Source: Klebsiella phage KP13-16
Sequence record: OP617741.1
Direction: 5' to 3' (one strand)
DNA: 64,000 nt
The position numbers and the translations under genes are program-made. Within the stretch, counting starts at the first letter, position 1; every line of letters begins with the position of its first letter. This document shows, piece after piece, positions 23,270 to 33,455 of this stretch. The notes under the pieces were generated by a model, which did no database searches, was not told the origin of the DNA, and saw nothing but the letters and a program-made list of their open reading frames with translations.

Positions 23270-23449
23270 ATGATTAGACATAGTAATAGAATAAAAGCTA
23301 AGAAGTCTAAAAAATCATATCATTATTGCTCTTGTGATTGCAACATGATCAGTCCAGGACAAAGATGCAAACTTTGTGGCAATATTTCCTTGAAAGGGAA
23401 AAGAAAGTTTAAAAAAGATGTTGACGTAGATTTAGAAGAAGTGTTATAG
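23270..23449 (+). CDS. small zinc-ribbon protein
   Basis: 59 aa MIRHSNRIKAKK...YHYCSCDCNMISPGQRCKLCGN...; below the 60-aa cutoff of the ORF track. Confidence 0.25.
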   Translation: MIRHSNRIKAKKSKKSYHYCSCDCNMISPGQRCKLCGNISLKGKRKFKKDVDVDLEEVL

Positions 23450-23463
23450 TCAACTCCAGATTA

Positions 23464-23539
<76 letters not shown>

Positions 23540-23562
23540 AAATTTTTAAGGAGAATAAAAAT

Positions 23563-23679
23563 ATGAAAGATCAATTTGATGGTTTTATTGGTTATGGTGA
23601 AGGAATCTTTAGTGATGAGTGGTATCACGATGATGAGAGACCAGATCTTATCAAATCTGAAGAAAATTGGGGTTTTTAA
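23563..23679 (+). CDS. small hypothetical protein
   Basis: 38 aa MKDQFDGFIGYGEGIFSDEWYHDDERPDLIKSEENWGF; RBS AAGGAG upstream. Confidence 0.2.
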   Translation: MKDQFDGFIGYGEGIFSDEWYHDDERPDLIKSEENWGF

Positions 23680-23686
23680 TTAATAT

Positions 23687-23764
23687 AGATCGCTAGCTCA
23701 ATTGGTTAGTAGCATCCGACTTTTAATCGGAAGGTTCTGGGTTCGAGTCCCAAGCGGTCTACCA
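23687..23764 (+). tRNA. tRNA-Lys(TTT)
   Basis: 78 nt; acceptor AGATCGC/GCGGTCT, anticodon arm TCCGA-CTTTTAA-TCGGA, T-loop TTCGAGT, CCA. Confidence 0.6.
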
Positions 23765-23868
23765 AACATCAAAGCAGAGTGATGTACTGTAAAGACTCAA
23801 AGACTGGAGTAGACCTCTTCACTGAAAGGGGCAAGCATAATTCTATTTTAAATGACGAGGAGAAAGTT

Positions 23869-24168
23869 ATGACTAAAAATACTAATAAGAAAGTTTCTGC
23901 AATTGATGCAATTATTCACCCTTTTCAGTTTGAAAGCAAGTCTACACAAACTGAATCTAAACCAAAACAGATTAATCTTGGTGGTCGTTCAGTAACTAAA
24001 ATGGTTTATAACGAAGATCGTAAACAGTGGGAATCTGTTACCACTGTGGAAGGTGGTGTTGATGTTGTAGTGACTCATCGTATTCGTACTGGCAAAACTG
24101 CACGAGAGAAGGTTGGTAAGAAAGTAGAGAAACCTGTAGTTGAACAGAAGAAAGGTAAAAAGAAATGA
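23869..24168 (+). CDS. hypothetical lysine-rich protein
   Basis: 99 aa from ATG 23869 (RBS GAGGAG); track ORF extends upstream to 23779. Confidence 0.3.
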   Translation: MTKNTNKKVSAIDAIIHPFQFESKSTQTESKPKQINLGGRSVTKMVYNEDRKQWESVTTVEGGVDVVVTHRIRTGKTAREKVGKKVEKPVVEQKKGKKK

Positions 24169-24194
24169 ATAGTACAGAATTAATTTAAAAATAT

Positions 24195-24220
24195 AACCCG
24201 CCTTGTGCGGGTTTTCTTTT
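24195..24220 (+). terminator. rho-independent terminator
   Basis: AACCCGC-CTTGT-GCGGGTT hairpin followed by TTCTTTT. Confidence 0.5.
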
Positions 24221-24289
24221 ATGTAAATTTGACTAAATTTTAACATTGGGTTATGATAACATTAGGAAGTTATTATATTTGGAGGAAAA

Positions 24290-25834
24290 TTGGCAAGAAA
24301 TGTAATCACATTTAAAGCCCAAGAAGGTAAGCAAAAAATGGCGTTAGATAAGAAAGTGGATGTTCTTATCTATGGTGGTGCAGCAGGGTCTGGTAAGTCA
24401 AGATTGATTCTCTTAAAAGCTTTAAAGTATGCTGCAAATGATAAAGATTTTGAAGGAGTACTTTTCCGTAGAACATCTCCACCATTAAAAGCGGCAGGTG
24501 GTTTATTTACTGAGGCTAAAAAATTATACTCACCACTGAGACCTAAAATTCGTGAAAAAGATATGGAAATCATATTTAATAATACAAGTGGCGGGACACT
24601 TAAATTTACACACCTAGAAAATGAAAATGACGCAGAGGGAAACCATCAGGGTCTTCAATATTCAATGGTGGCTTTTGACGAATTAACACACTTTACTCAA
24701 ACCCAATTCTTATATCTTTTAGGTCGTCTCCGTTCAGCATCAGAGACTGACTCTTTCTGTATGGCCTCTACAAACCCTGATCCTGATTCTTGGGTAATGA
24801 ATTGGGTTTTATGGTATCTTGATGAAAAAGGTTATCCAAGAGAAGATAGATGTGGTGTTGTAAGATATTTCGTTATTGTGAACGATGCGCCAGTATTTGC
24901 AGATACAGAAGAAGAATTAGCTAAAGATTATCCAGAACTTTGTTATGTTGAAGATCCTACAACTGGAGAAACAAAGTATGTACCACCAATGACTTTTGCT
25001 TTCATTGGAGGAACAATTTTTGATAATCCAGAGCTTATTAAAGCTAACCCTAAATATTTATCTGCATTGAAAGCACAAAGCAAAGTTAACCGTGCAAGGC
25101 TGTTAGATGGTTGCTGGTTTGCCCGTGCTGAAGGATCTAACAACTTTCAAAGAGAGTGGTTAACAAAGGTGACTAGAAGTGAAGTACCACCTTTAAAACT
25201 TGTTAGAGCGTGGGATAAAGCATCTTCTGAACCTTCAGACCAGAACAGACACCCTGACTTTACAGCCTCAGTTAAAATGGGTAAAAGTGCAGATGGTATT
25301 TTTTATATTTTTGGTGATTTTGATCCAGAAACATTAGATGAAAAGACAATGATAGCTGGTAAATTCAGGAAAAGGGCTGGCTCTAGAGACCTGTTAATAA
25401 AAAATCAAACAGAGATCGATGGTGAACATGTTACAGTAATTCTACCAAAAGATCCAGGTGCAGCAGGACAAGTAGAATATCAAGAAAGTGCCAAGAAATT
25501 AAATATTTTAGGTTTTAAAGTAAAACCAGATCCTATGCCAAACAATAAATCTAAGCTTACAAGATTTATGCCATTCTCAAGTGCATGTCAAAATGGTCTA
25601 GTTTGTATTGTAGAAGATAGTTTTACAAATAAAGCCACCTTAGAGGCTTTCTATAAGGAACTAGAAGCATTTAATGGTGAAAGGTCCACAAGTGAAAGGA
25701 AAGATGACTGGGCAGATGCTGCGGCTTCTGCATACAATGCTTTGTGTAAAGAAAGAAGTTTTGTAGCAGCAGCTATTCCGAGAGTATCAGCACCAACGTT
25801 GACTAAAAGATCTGGTTTAAATACTAGACATTGA
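24290..25834 (+). CDS. terminase large subunit
   Basis: 514 aa; Walker A LIYGGAAGSGKSRL near N-terminus, ATPase+nuclease layout; first gene of the structural module. Confidence 0.8.
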   Translation: MARNVITFKAQEGKQKMALDKKVDVLIYGGAAGSGKSRLILLKALKYAANDKDFEGVLFRRTSPPLKAAGGLFTEAKKLYSPLRPKIREKDMEIIFNNTSGGTLKFTHLENENDAEGNHQGLQYSMVAFDELTHFTQTQFLYLLGRLRSASETDSFCMASTNPDPDSWVMNWVLWYLDEKGYPREDRCGVVRYFVIVNDAPVFADTEEELAKDYPELCYVEDPTTGETKYVPPMTFAFIGGTIFDNPELIKANPKYLSALKAQSKVNRARLLDGCWFARAEGSNNFQREWLTKVTRSEVPPLKLVRAWDKASSEPSDQNRHPDFTASVKMGKSADGIFYIFGDFDPETLDEKTMIAGKFRKRAGSRDLLIKNQTEIDGEHVTVILPKDPGAAGQVEYQESAKKLNILGFKVKPDPMPNNKSKLTRFMPFSSACQNGLVCIVEDSFTNKATLEAFYKELEAFNGERSTSERKDDWADAAASAYNALCKERSFVAAAIPRVSAPTLTKRSGLNTRH

Positions 25835-25869
25835 TGCGACTTTATGATTTTACTTTTAATAAGAATTGA

Positions 25870-25898
25870 CAAAACCTTGTAATATCTGATAATATGAT
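25870..25898 (+). promoter_or_regulatory. sigma70-like promoter ahead of the portal/head genes
   Basis: TTGACA, 17-nt spacer, ATAATA. Confidence 0.4.
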
Positions 25899-25971
25899 AT
25901 TAATTGTTTACTATTAAAAGTTGGTAAATAATTATTTTTACTTTTAGTAACTTTATTATTTGGAGAGGTAA

Positions 25972-27552
25972 ATGTCAACAGTTAAAAGAAAATATACTAA
26001 AAAATCTGATTACTGGGACAAGATTAAATCTCCTCAGACTACAAAAGAAGTTAATAAGGCAGGAAACACAGATCAGACTACATCCAGATTAAAATTAGGT
26101 GAGATTGGTACAACAGCACTTAATACAATCAACGTGTATGCAAACTGGATAAGACCTTATGAGATTTCGTGGCCTCGTTGTCTTGATACATACAGTCTCA
26201 TGGCAAATGATGCAGACGTTGCTACGGCTTTAACTGCAAACTATCTTTTTGTAGAAAGGGCTTTTGATGAGTTTGAGGTAAAATATAAAAAAGGTAATCG
26301 CAAATCTGAGAAAGCTGCAAAGTTTGTAGAATGGTGTTTAAAGAACATGGATTCACAAACACTACGACAGGTTGCAAGAGAAGCATTAACCTATAAAGTA
26401 TATGGTTTTTCTGTTCTGGAAAAAGTTTTTACTAAAGTAACTTCTGGTGAGTATGCTGGAAATTATAAAATCAAAAAATTAGCATCAAGGCCACAATCAA
26501 CACTGAGAAGAAATAAACCATTTAGATATTCTGATGATGGTAGAGACGTTCTTGGTGTTTATCAAGTGATCCCAAACAAAAGCACTTTCTCAACAGACAC
26601 GGATGTAAGTCTGGTTGGTGAGATTTATATTCCTAGAAATAAGTTTCTGTTGTTTGGTGAGCAAATTACGGATTCTAATCCTACAGGTGTCTCACCTCTT
26701 TCGTCTATTTATATTACATGGAAAGAAAAAACACTTATCTCTGAATATGAAGTCGTAGGTGTGGGTAAAGACTTAGGTGGTACTCCGGTATTAAAAGTGC
26801 CAACAGACATCCTTAATCGTGCTGCTGTTGATCCTAATAGTGATGAAGCGATGAGCATTGAGACTCTAAAAGCTAACCTCGCTAACCTTCATGCAGGTGA
26901 ACAGGCTTACATGATTATCCCATCGGATCTTCATGATCAAAGCACAACACCACAATATGAAATCAAATTCCTTGGTATCGATGGTTCAGGTAAGCAATTT
27001 GATACTACAGAATTAAAACAGCAAAGGAAAAAAGAAATATATGACAGTTTTGGTGCTGGTTTTCTTATTATGGGTAACAGTGAAACTGGTTCATATTCTT
27101 TAAGCGATAATAAACAAACTCTTCATTCTCAATTTATTGAACATGATGTCAAAGGGATTTCTGAAGTTCTTAATAAAGATCTCATTCCACAACTCCTGGC
27201 TTTAAATGGTATGTATCTTACTGATGAAGAAATGCCTGTATTTGAACCTGGTGATGTTGGTGATCCTGACATTGAAGGCAATTCTAAAATGATTCAACGT
27301 GTAGTAGCTGTAGGAGCAATTCCTCTCAATGCTGAGACAATGAATGAAATGCTAGAGATGTGCGGTTTTAAATATAGAATTCCTGATGACATAGTTTCTG
27401 ATCCAGAGAAAGCTGCCGAATTTATTGCAAATAATGTTCCGGCATCCACAAGTAGATCTGGAGATGGAATTGCCGCAGGTGGGTTAAATGGCACTTCAAC
27501 TTCTGTTTCTTCAACAGATACCTCAACTATGAATAATGAGAATGCTGCTTAA
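25972..27552 (+). CDS. portal protein (putative)
   Basis: 526 aa, immediately after terminase; size and position typical of portal. Confidence 0.55.
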   Translation: MSTVKRKYTKKSDYWDKIKSPQTTKEVNKAGNTDQTTSRLKLGEIGTTALNTINVYANWIRPYEISWPRCLDTYSLMANDADVATALTANYLFVERAFDEFEVKYKKGNRKSEKAAKFVEWCLKNMDSQTLRQVAREALTYKVYGFSVLEKVFTKVTSGEYAGNYKIKKLASRPQSTLRRNKPFRYSDDGRDVLGVYQVIPNKSTFSTDTDVSLVGEIYIPRNKFLLFGEQITDSNPTGVSPLSSIYITWKEKTLISEYEVVGVGKDLGGTPVLKVPTDILNRAAVDPNSDEAMSIETLKANLANLHAGEQAYMIIPSDLHDQSTTPQYEIKFLGIDGSGKQFDTTELKQQRKKEIYDSFGAGFLIMGNSETGSYSLSDNKQTLHSQFIEHDVKGISEVLNKDLIPQLLALNGMYLTDEEMPVFEPGDVGDPDIEGNSKMIQRVVAVGAIPLNAETMNEMLEMCGFKYRIPDDIVSDPEKAAEFIANNVPASTSRSGDGIAAGGLNGTSTSVSSTDTSTMNNENAA

Positions 27553-27687
27553 AATTTTAACCAAGGATGGTTATTTTACTACAAATAAGTTTTAAATTAT
27601 TAAATAAAATATACTTTTCTAATCTAATAGTGTTGACATTATAAAAATAATACTATAAAATAAGTATTAGAGAAGGTAACTAACTTT

Positions 27688-28176
27688 TTGGAGGAACCTT
27701 TGTTTAACAAAGAATCTCTTGTTGAGCTATTTAAAAAATTTCTCGACACGACTTCTGAAGATGAATTAAAACATTCCACGGAAAAGCCTTCTAATGTAAA
27801 TCTCCCCGTCATTAAGAAATTTGAAGATGAGAAAATGGAGAGTATTGAAGTTCTTTATTGTGCTCCGTTAGAAGCAGATGCACATGGCGAGGGAATGACA
27901 GAAGTTGAAATTCGTAAAATGGTAGATAACTTCAATGCCAATATAGATAAGATTAAAGGTAACTTTGGTCATGCAATTAACACAGATAAATTCTCTCCAG
28001 TTAAAGCCTGGGTAAATGAATGCGATTGTGTTATTGGTGAAGAAGAAGTTAAAGAAGGTTTACCATTAGTCAAGTTGAAGTTCCATGATCCAGAACTTTT
28101 TCAGAAAAGAAAAGATGGCGTCTTTAAGGGTATCTCTATTGGTGCTCAAGGCAGACGTAAGAAAGTGGAGAAATAA
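27688..28176 (+). CDS. head morphogenesis protein (function unassigned)
   Basis: 162 aa between portal and scaffold-like gene; TTG start in track. Confidence 0.3.
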   Translation: MEEPLFNKESLVELFKKFLDTTSEDELKHSTEKPSNVNLPVIKKFEDEKMESIEVLYCAPLEADAHGEGMTEVEIRKMVDNFNANIDKIKGNFGHAINTDKFSPVKAWVNECDCVIGEEEVKEGLPLVKLKFHDPELFQKRKDGVFKGISIGAQGRRKKVEK

Positions 28177-29516
28177 TGCCAGAACTTAACACTTATTTAG
28201 AAGATGTTAGTTTTGACTTTGAAGAATCAGAGGATAGTCTTGGTGCACACATTGCACTCACATTTGACTTCCAAGGTGGTGCAGCTTCTGGCTATAATAA
28301 ACCACTTCTTTTCAAAGCAGACAACACAGAAATTAATAAAGATTTAATCATTAAGTTGAAAGAACTTGGTGAAGATACTACAGACCTTGAAAAAGCAATG
28401 TATGCTAATGACCTTAGAAACATGCTAAATCAAAAAATCAGAGAAAAAGAGTTTGTAGATAAATATGATTATGTTTGGGTCTCTGACTGGAATGATTCAG
28501 TTGCAATATTTACAACAGACTCAGGCACTTATTCAGTAGATTATACCTCAGATGGTACAAATGTTGAAGTTGGTGATGTAGCTAATCCAGTAGTTCCTAT
28601 TCAAGACTATGTTGTTATCGGAAATGATATCCTTGTTTCTGAAGACCTAATGGATTCTATGGAACAAGATGTTTATGATATGTTAGCTAAATCCCTAAGT
28701 CAACCAGCTACCGTAGAAGTTATTAAAGCTGCTACTAAGAAAGTTGGTAGTTCAACGCTTACAGCTTCTGATTATGCTTATACACCAGATAAAGAAAAAC
28801 CTTCCACCTGGAAACTTAGAATTGATGATGCAAGACATACATCAGCGGCTGTAGCTGCTCTTGGAAAAGGTTTCAGAGGAAATAAAGTTGAAATTCCTGA
28901 AGAAGATCTTGCTTCTGTTAAAGCTAAAGTTCGTAAAGCATATAAAAAATTCTTCCCGGATAATGATGTCCCAGACATTATTAAATCTCTGGAAAATAAA
29001 AACTCTGTGATTGAATCAGAGGATAAAGATAAATCAGAGGGGAATTCCTCTGGAAAAATCACTAAAAAACAAGGAGCCAATATTGTGGATCTGAATGAAC
29101 TATTAAAAAGTGCTGAAGCACAAGAAATGCTGAAATCTCTTATTGCAGATGCAACCAAAGAGAAAGATGCAGAAAAAGAAGAACTGGCTAAATCTCTGAA
29201 ACAAGCTAATGAAAGACTTGAAGCAGTAGAAAAAGCAGAACAGAAACGTATTAAAACTGCATACGAAGATGTGGTCAAAGGTTTCGGTTTCGTAGAAGAA
29301 GATAAAGTAGAAGAAGTAGTTAAAGCTCTGATGGCTGATACTGAAAATTCTGTAATCTTTATTGAAATGCTGAATAAAGCACATGAAGAAATCGAAAAAG
29401 TAAAAGCTGAATTTGCCTCCGAAAAAGGTTCTGACCGCAAGGCTGAAGCCCCGAAAGATGGTGTAGAAAAAGTTAAAGCTATTGCTGCTGTTCTTAAAGC
29501 AAAACAATCTAAATAA
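28176..29516 (+). CDS. scaffolding-like protein
   Basis: 446 aa, highly acidic with long K/E-rich coiled-coil C-terminal half, directly upstream of capsid genes. Confidence 0.5.
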   Translation: MPELNTYLEDVSFDFEESEDSLGAHIALTFDFQGGAASGYNKPLLFKADNTEINKDLIIKLKELGEDTTDLEKAMYANDLRNMLNQKIREKEFVDKYDYVWVSDWNDSVAIFTTDSGTYSVDYTSDGTNVEVGDVANPVVPIQDYVVIGNDILVSEDLMDSMEQDVYDMLAKSLSQPATVEVIKAATKKVGSSTLTASDYAYTPDKEKPSTWKLRIDDARHTSAAVAALGKGFRGNKVEIPEEDLASVKAKVRKAYKKFFPDNDVPDIIKSLENKNSVIESEDKDKSEGNSSGKITKKQGANIVDLNELLKSAEAQEMLKSLIADATKEKDAEKEELAKSLKQANERLEAVEKAEQKRIKTAYEDVVKGFGFVEEDKVEEVVKALMADTENSVIFIEMLNKAHEEIEKVKAEFASEKGSDRKAEAPKDGVEKVKAIAAVLKAKQSK

Positions 29517-29531
29517 TAAGGAAGGTAAACA

Positions 29532-29933
29532 ATGCCAAAACAAGCTTATGTGCCAACTGACCGCCGTATGCCTTACTACTCAGATCTAGTTCTGGGTTAT
29601 GTAATGGGTAGTGACATTGGTCACGCTTTCCGTGAGGTTAGCCTGACAATGACTGCGACTCTTCAGTTTGGTTCCGTTATTGCCGATGACCTGACAGAAG
29701 CTGCTGCCGCTGCTGATGCAGACACCGTATTCGTATGGGCTGACCAGCCATTTGGTCTAGATGCTATCCCAGTAGGTACTTCATTCCGTGCTGTTGTTGC
29801 TAAACAAGATGCAACTCTGAATCGTTACCGTGTTGTCTATTCCGATGGTTCTGCCATTGATGACGCAGGTGTAATCGCACTGGAAGCGAAAGGTCTGAAA
29901 CTGACTGATAAAGTCCTTCTGCCTACTACTTAA
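29532..29933 (+). CDS. putative capsid accessory/decoration protein
   Basis: 133 aa, Ala-rich, between scaffold and major capsid; elevated G+C and biased codons suggest high expression. Confidence 0.3.
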   Translation: MPKQAYVPTDRRMPYYSDLVLGYVMGSDIGHAFREVSLTMTATLQFGSVIADDLTEAAAAADADTVFVWADQPFGLDAIPVGTSFRAVVAKQDATLNRYRVVYSDGSAIDDAGVIALEAKGLKLTDKVLLPTT

Positions 29934-29950
29934 TAAAGGAGAATATCTAA

Positions 29951-30949
29951 ATGCCTAATTTTTTAACTAACCAGTTTTATGATCTGTCTCCACTGATTGA
30001 GATCACTACTCGTACTCCGGGTGTTGTTGAATCTCTGGACCTGTTCGATATTAACTATGATCGTTCTACAACTGTACGTGCACAGCGTATTGTTGATGAA
30101 CAAGTTCTGATCGAAGCTCGTCAACGTCAAGGTGAACGTAACTGGATCACTGGTAATCAACCTTCAGAAGTGGCCTTTATTGTACCATTCTTCCCAGTTG
30201 ATGCTAACATTAAAGCTGTAGATGTACAGAACTTTACAAATCTTCTGGATCTTGGTGAAGATACTCCTGCTACAGTACAGCAAGCTGTTACTCGTAAGCT
30301 GAATCAGATTCGTAATGCAGAGTCTGTCACTAAAGAGCGTATCTTTACTGAAGCTGTTATGGGCCGTAGCTACGCAGGTGTTACTGCTGCAAACGCTAAC
30401 GAGCACTATGACTACTACCAGACTTGGGGTGTAACCCAGGAAGTTGTTGATGTAGCTTTCAGTTCTACCACTGTTAACCCTACTGATACTATTGAAAGTG
30501 AAATTCGTGGTTTCATTATCGATAACAAAGGTACTGGTACTGCTGTTACTGATATTGTTGCACTGTGTGGTCGTCAGTACTTCCAGGCTCTTGTAAGCAA
30601 CTCGTTTACTCGTGCAGCTTATACTGGTATTGCTGGTCAGTCTCCTCTGCGTGATCGTATTGGTGGTAACTCTGATGCTCGTTCTTGGTTCTTCAACGGT
30701 GTTCTTTATGTAGAAGATCCGTATGGAACTATCCCGACTAATGAAGCTTACTTCTTCCCACGTGGTATTCCGAATATGTTCCAGGCATTCTATGCTCCTG
30801 CTGATGCTATTTCTGATGCCAACGAAGTTGCTCAAGACTTCTATATGTACATGATTCAGGATCATCGTACTGCTCACATTGAAACAGAGTTCTCTCTGCT
30901 GGCTGTGAACACTCGTCCTGAACTGGTTGTACGTAGCACAATGTCCTAA
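29951..30949 (+). CDS. major capsid protein (putative)
   Basis: 332 aa, position after scaffold/decoration genes, highly expressed-type codon usage. Confidence 0.55.
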   Translation: MPNFLTNQFYDLSPLIEITTRTPGVVESLDLFDINYDRSTTVRAQRIVDEQVLIEARQRQGERNWITGNQPSEVAFIVPFFPVDANIKAVDVQNFTNLLDLGEDTPATVQQAVTRKLNQIRNAESVTKERIFTEAVMGRSYAGVTAANANEHYDYYQTWGVTQEVVDVAFSSTTVNPTDTIESEIRGFIIDNKGTGTAVTDIVALCGRQYFQALVSNSFTRAAYTGIAGQSPLRDRIGGNSDARSWFFNGVLYVEDPYGTIPTNEAYFFPRGIPNMFQAFYAPADAISDANEVAQDFYMYMIQDHRTAHIETEFSLLAVNTRPELVVRSTMS

Positions 30950-31015
30950 GTATAGCGTCCTTATCTAAAGGGAGATAGTGAGAGCTATCTCCCTTTATTT
31001 ATATCGGAGGAACCG

Positions 31016-31426
31016 ATGTTTGTAACAAAAGAAAATCAGAAAAGTTTTTGGAACTTTAGTGAGTTTTTAATCTTTTTAAATAAAATTAACAGTGACGTTG
31101 AATTAAATAAGCAAACCCCTAATTATGCAATGTTTAGTAAATCTAAAGGCATTATCGGTGGATGTAATTTTACACACCTTTGTGAGCTAATCAAAGAAAC
31201 ATTTGGTGTTAAGCTTATTCCGTCTGGTTGCATTGAAGCTAATTTCGGATATCTTGTAACCTTTGAAGATGGCTATCTTGATCAAGTAGAAAAAGAATTA
31301 GCTAAAAGTACTCTTGAAGAAAAAACTAAAGCTGAACTGCTTGCCATGGCTCTTGAAAAAGGTCTTGAAGTAAAACCAACCCTGAAAAAAGAAGAAATCA
31401 TTAATCTCCTTAAAACTGAGGGGTAA
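31016..31426 (+). CDS. hypothetical protein with C-terminal Rho-N/SAP-like helical motif
   Basis: 136 aa; C-terminal KTKAELLAMALEKGLEVKPTLKKEEIINLLK. Confidence 0.3.
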   Translation: MFVTKENQKSFWNFSEFLIFLNKINSDVELNKQTPNYAMFSKSKGIIGGCNFTHLCELIKETFGVKLIPSGCIEANFGYLVTFEDGYLDQVEKELAKSTLEEKTKAELLAMALEKGLEVKPTLKKEEIINLLKTEG

Positions 31427-31428
31427 TT

Positions 31429-31935
31429 ATGGCTACTCCAGAACAAATTCTTAAAGTTAGGTCATATTGCTTTTATCCGACAGAACAAGAATTGCCAGAT
31501 GAAATTATTGCAGCAAATATTGATAAATGGACTGCAATATACCCTGATCCAAGACAAGAACCTGTTGTTCTTTATAATGCCACCATAGATTGTTTATATT
31601 ATCTTATTTATACAGACCCAAATGGTAGTGGTGGAGCTGCTGGTTCTACACGAAGGGAAAAGGTTGGACAGGTTGAAGTTGAAGTTGGTTATACTGCTGA
31701 TTATGTTTCTAAATGGCAGAAAATACTGGATGGATATCTGAATGGAGATTTATGGATACCTGGAACAACAAGACCAATCGCTAAAGGTGTAATTATCGGT
31801 GGTGTTGAAAGATGCGAGGTCGATAGGGTTAAATGTGATCCTAATAGTGTTAATGGTCTGTGGGGTTTTGGAGTGGATAACAGGAGACCAAGAGGGACTT
31901 TTGTAGATCCATATAATCCTTGGAGAAGAAGATAA
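31429..31935 (+). CDS. head-tail connector/adaptor (putative)
   Basis: 168 aa, position between capsid and tail genes. Confidence 0.3.
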   Translation: MATPEQILKVRSYCFYPTEQELPDEIIAANIDKWTAIYPDPRQEPVVLYNATIDCLYYLIYTDPNGSGGAAGSTRREKVGQVEVEVGYTADYVSKWQKILDGYLNGDLWIPGTTRPIAKGVIIGGVERCEVDRVKCDPNSVNGLWGFGVDNRRPRGTFVDPYNPWRRR

Positions 31936-32405
31936 TGTCTTTGAAAATTGACAGTAAATGGGATACATCTTTTTTTGACCAACTTGAAGAAAGAACTTAT
32001 AGGTTAGATCAAGTATCTGTAGAGTATGGCTATTATGATGACAAAACGCATGATGCTTCTGGTTTACCTATTGGTTCTTTAGCCCTTATTCAAGAATATG
32101 GTAGTGTTAAAAGAAATATTCCAGCAAGACCTTTTGTTTTTTATAGTGTAAAACTATTAAATGATAAAGATATTTCTGCAATGAGAAAGGGAATGATAGA
32201 TTATCTCTTCAAAAGGAAAGATGCTAATTCTTCATTCAAGCCAGTAGGTGTGACTGGTGTAAGAACAATACAAAGAAGTATTATGTCTCAAAGATTTACT
32301 CCATTAGCACCATCCACTGTTGCGAAAAAAGGAAGTTCCACAATTCTTGTAGAAACTTCTGAATTACTTAATAGCGCAGAATATAAGATTAATGAGAAGT
32401 CTTGA
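31920..32405 (+). CDS. neck/head completion protein (putative)
   Basis: 161 aa, overlaps previous gene stop. Confidence 0.3.
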   Translation: MEKKIMSLKIDSKWDTSFFDQLEERTYRLDQVSVEYGYYDDKTHDASGLPIGSLALIQEYGSVKRNIPARPFVFYSVKLLNDKDISAMRKGMIDYLFKRKDANSSFKPVGVTGVRTIQRSIMSQRFTPLAPSTVAKKGSSTILVETSELLNSAEYKINEKS

Positions 32406-32450
32406 TTATTATACTATTTTCGTGCTAAAATTAAGTGTAGAGGAGGTTTT

Positions 32451-32870
32451 GTGTTATTAGAACAATTAACACTCATAGAATTAAAAAATTATCAAGGAAG
32501 ACATAGAGAATATGTTAAATCAACCCAAAGCGTCTTTAAAAATTCCTACGCTACAGTTAATTACACAGATTTTACCATCGAAGATTGTAGTTTGCAACCA
32601 ATAGATGGAAGAACTCTTCAAGCTCTACCAGAAGGTTATAGATCAAAAGCTGCTTATCAGTTCTGGTGTAAAACAGAAATGAAAGGTTTAGAACAGAATA
32701 CTAACCAATTAGCTGATCAAATACAAATTAATGGGGAGTGGTTCTCTATATATAATTTCAAAGATTGGACCAGAACATCTTATCTATCACACTACCATTG
32801 TGCAGCAGTTCGAGAAGAAATTAATAACTCAATGGACTCTTCAAATACAACTGGAGGAAACTATGGTTAA
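32451..32870 (+). CDS. tail completion protein (putative)
   Basis: 139 aa. Confidence 0.3.
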   Translation: MLLEQLTLIELKNYQGRHREYVKSTQSVFKNSYATVNYTDFTIEDCSLQPIDGRTLQALPEGYRSKAAYQFWCKTEMKGLEQNTNQLADQIQINGEWFSIYNFKDWTRTSYLSHYHCAAVREEINNSMDSSNTTGGNYG

Positions 32871-33438
32871 TGCAGATAAAATGGAATTAGTCGAAGACTA
32901 TCTGCTTGAGAACATAGGAGCCTTCATTCAAGAAGTAACTGGTTTAAGTTTATTTCTGATAGATCAACCATGGCCTGATGAAACAGTACCATCTGTGGGT
33001 GTCCATATTTTATCATATGACGACTCAAATGGATGGGGTAATACTAATGAAATCAATGAAGATGGTAGATATATAGCTAAAACAGATTTAACCTTTACTG
33101 TAGAATTAGTAGCAAGATTTGGAAGACCTATGGCAACACTTGCACTACTAATACAAGCTTTTAGAGGTTTTCAAGAATTAAGATATCAACATCTCTACTC
33201 TAAAGGAATTGGTTTATTAGATGTTTCTAATGCCACACCTGCTAACACTGTCTTTGATGGAATTGAAACAGAAAAAAGAGCAAGAATGCTTGTAACATTC
33301 AATGCAAGAATCTCTTCACTTGATACTAATGCCCCTAATTTAGTTGAAACTATAACAGGGTCAATATATACAAATAAATACGAGGGAGATGTTAACCCCG
33401 TTATTCAAGGCATAAATGTCACTTTCCTTACAACTTAA
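32863..33438 (+). CDS. structural protein (putative neck/tail terminator)
   Basis: 191 aa from ATG 32863 (RBS GGAGGA); track ORF 32731..33438 starts in the previous gene. Confidence 0.3.
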   Translation: MVNADKMELVEDYLLENIGAFIQEVTGLSLFLIDQPWPDETVPSVGVHILSYDDSNGWGNTNEINEDGRYIAKTDLTFTVELVARFGRPMATLALLIQAFRGFQELRYQHLYSKGIGLLDVSNATPANTVFDGIETEKRARMLVTFNARISSLDTNAPNLVETITGSIYTNKYEGDVNPVIQGINVTFLTT

Positions 33439-33455
33439 AAAGGGGATCTATTGTA

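Noticed and set aside
28778-29543. Minus-strand ORFs 28778..29440 and 29103..29543 antisense to the scaffold gene
   Set aside because: They are low-complexity (S/F-rich) antisense artefacts of the K/E-rich coiled-coil coding sequence.
30164-30877. 237-aa minus-strand ORF antisense to the major capsid gene
   Set aside because: It is fully contained antisense to a gene with strong codon bias, and has no RBS.
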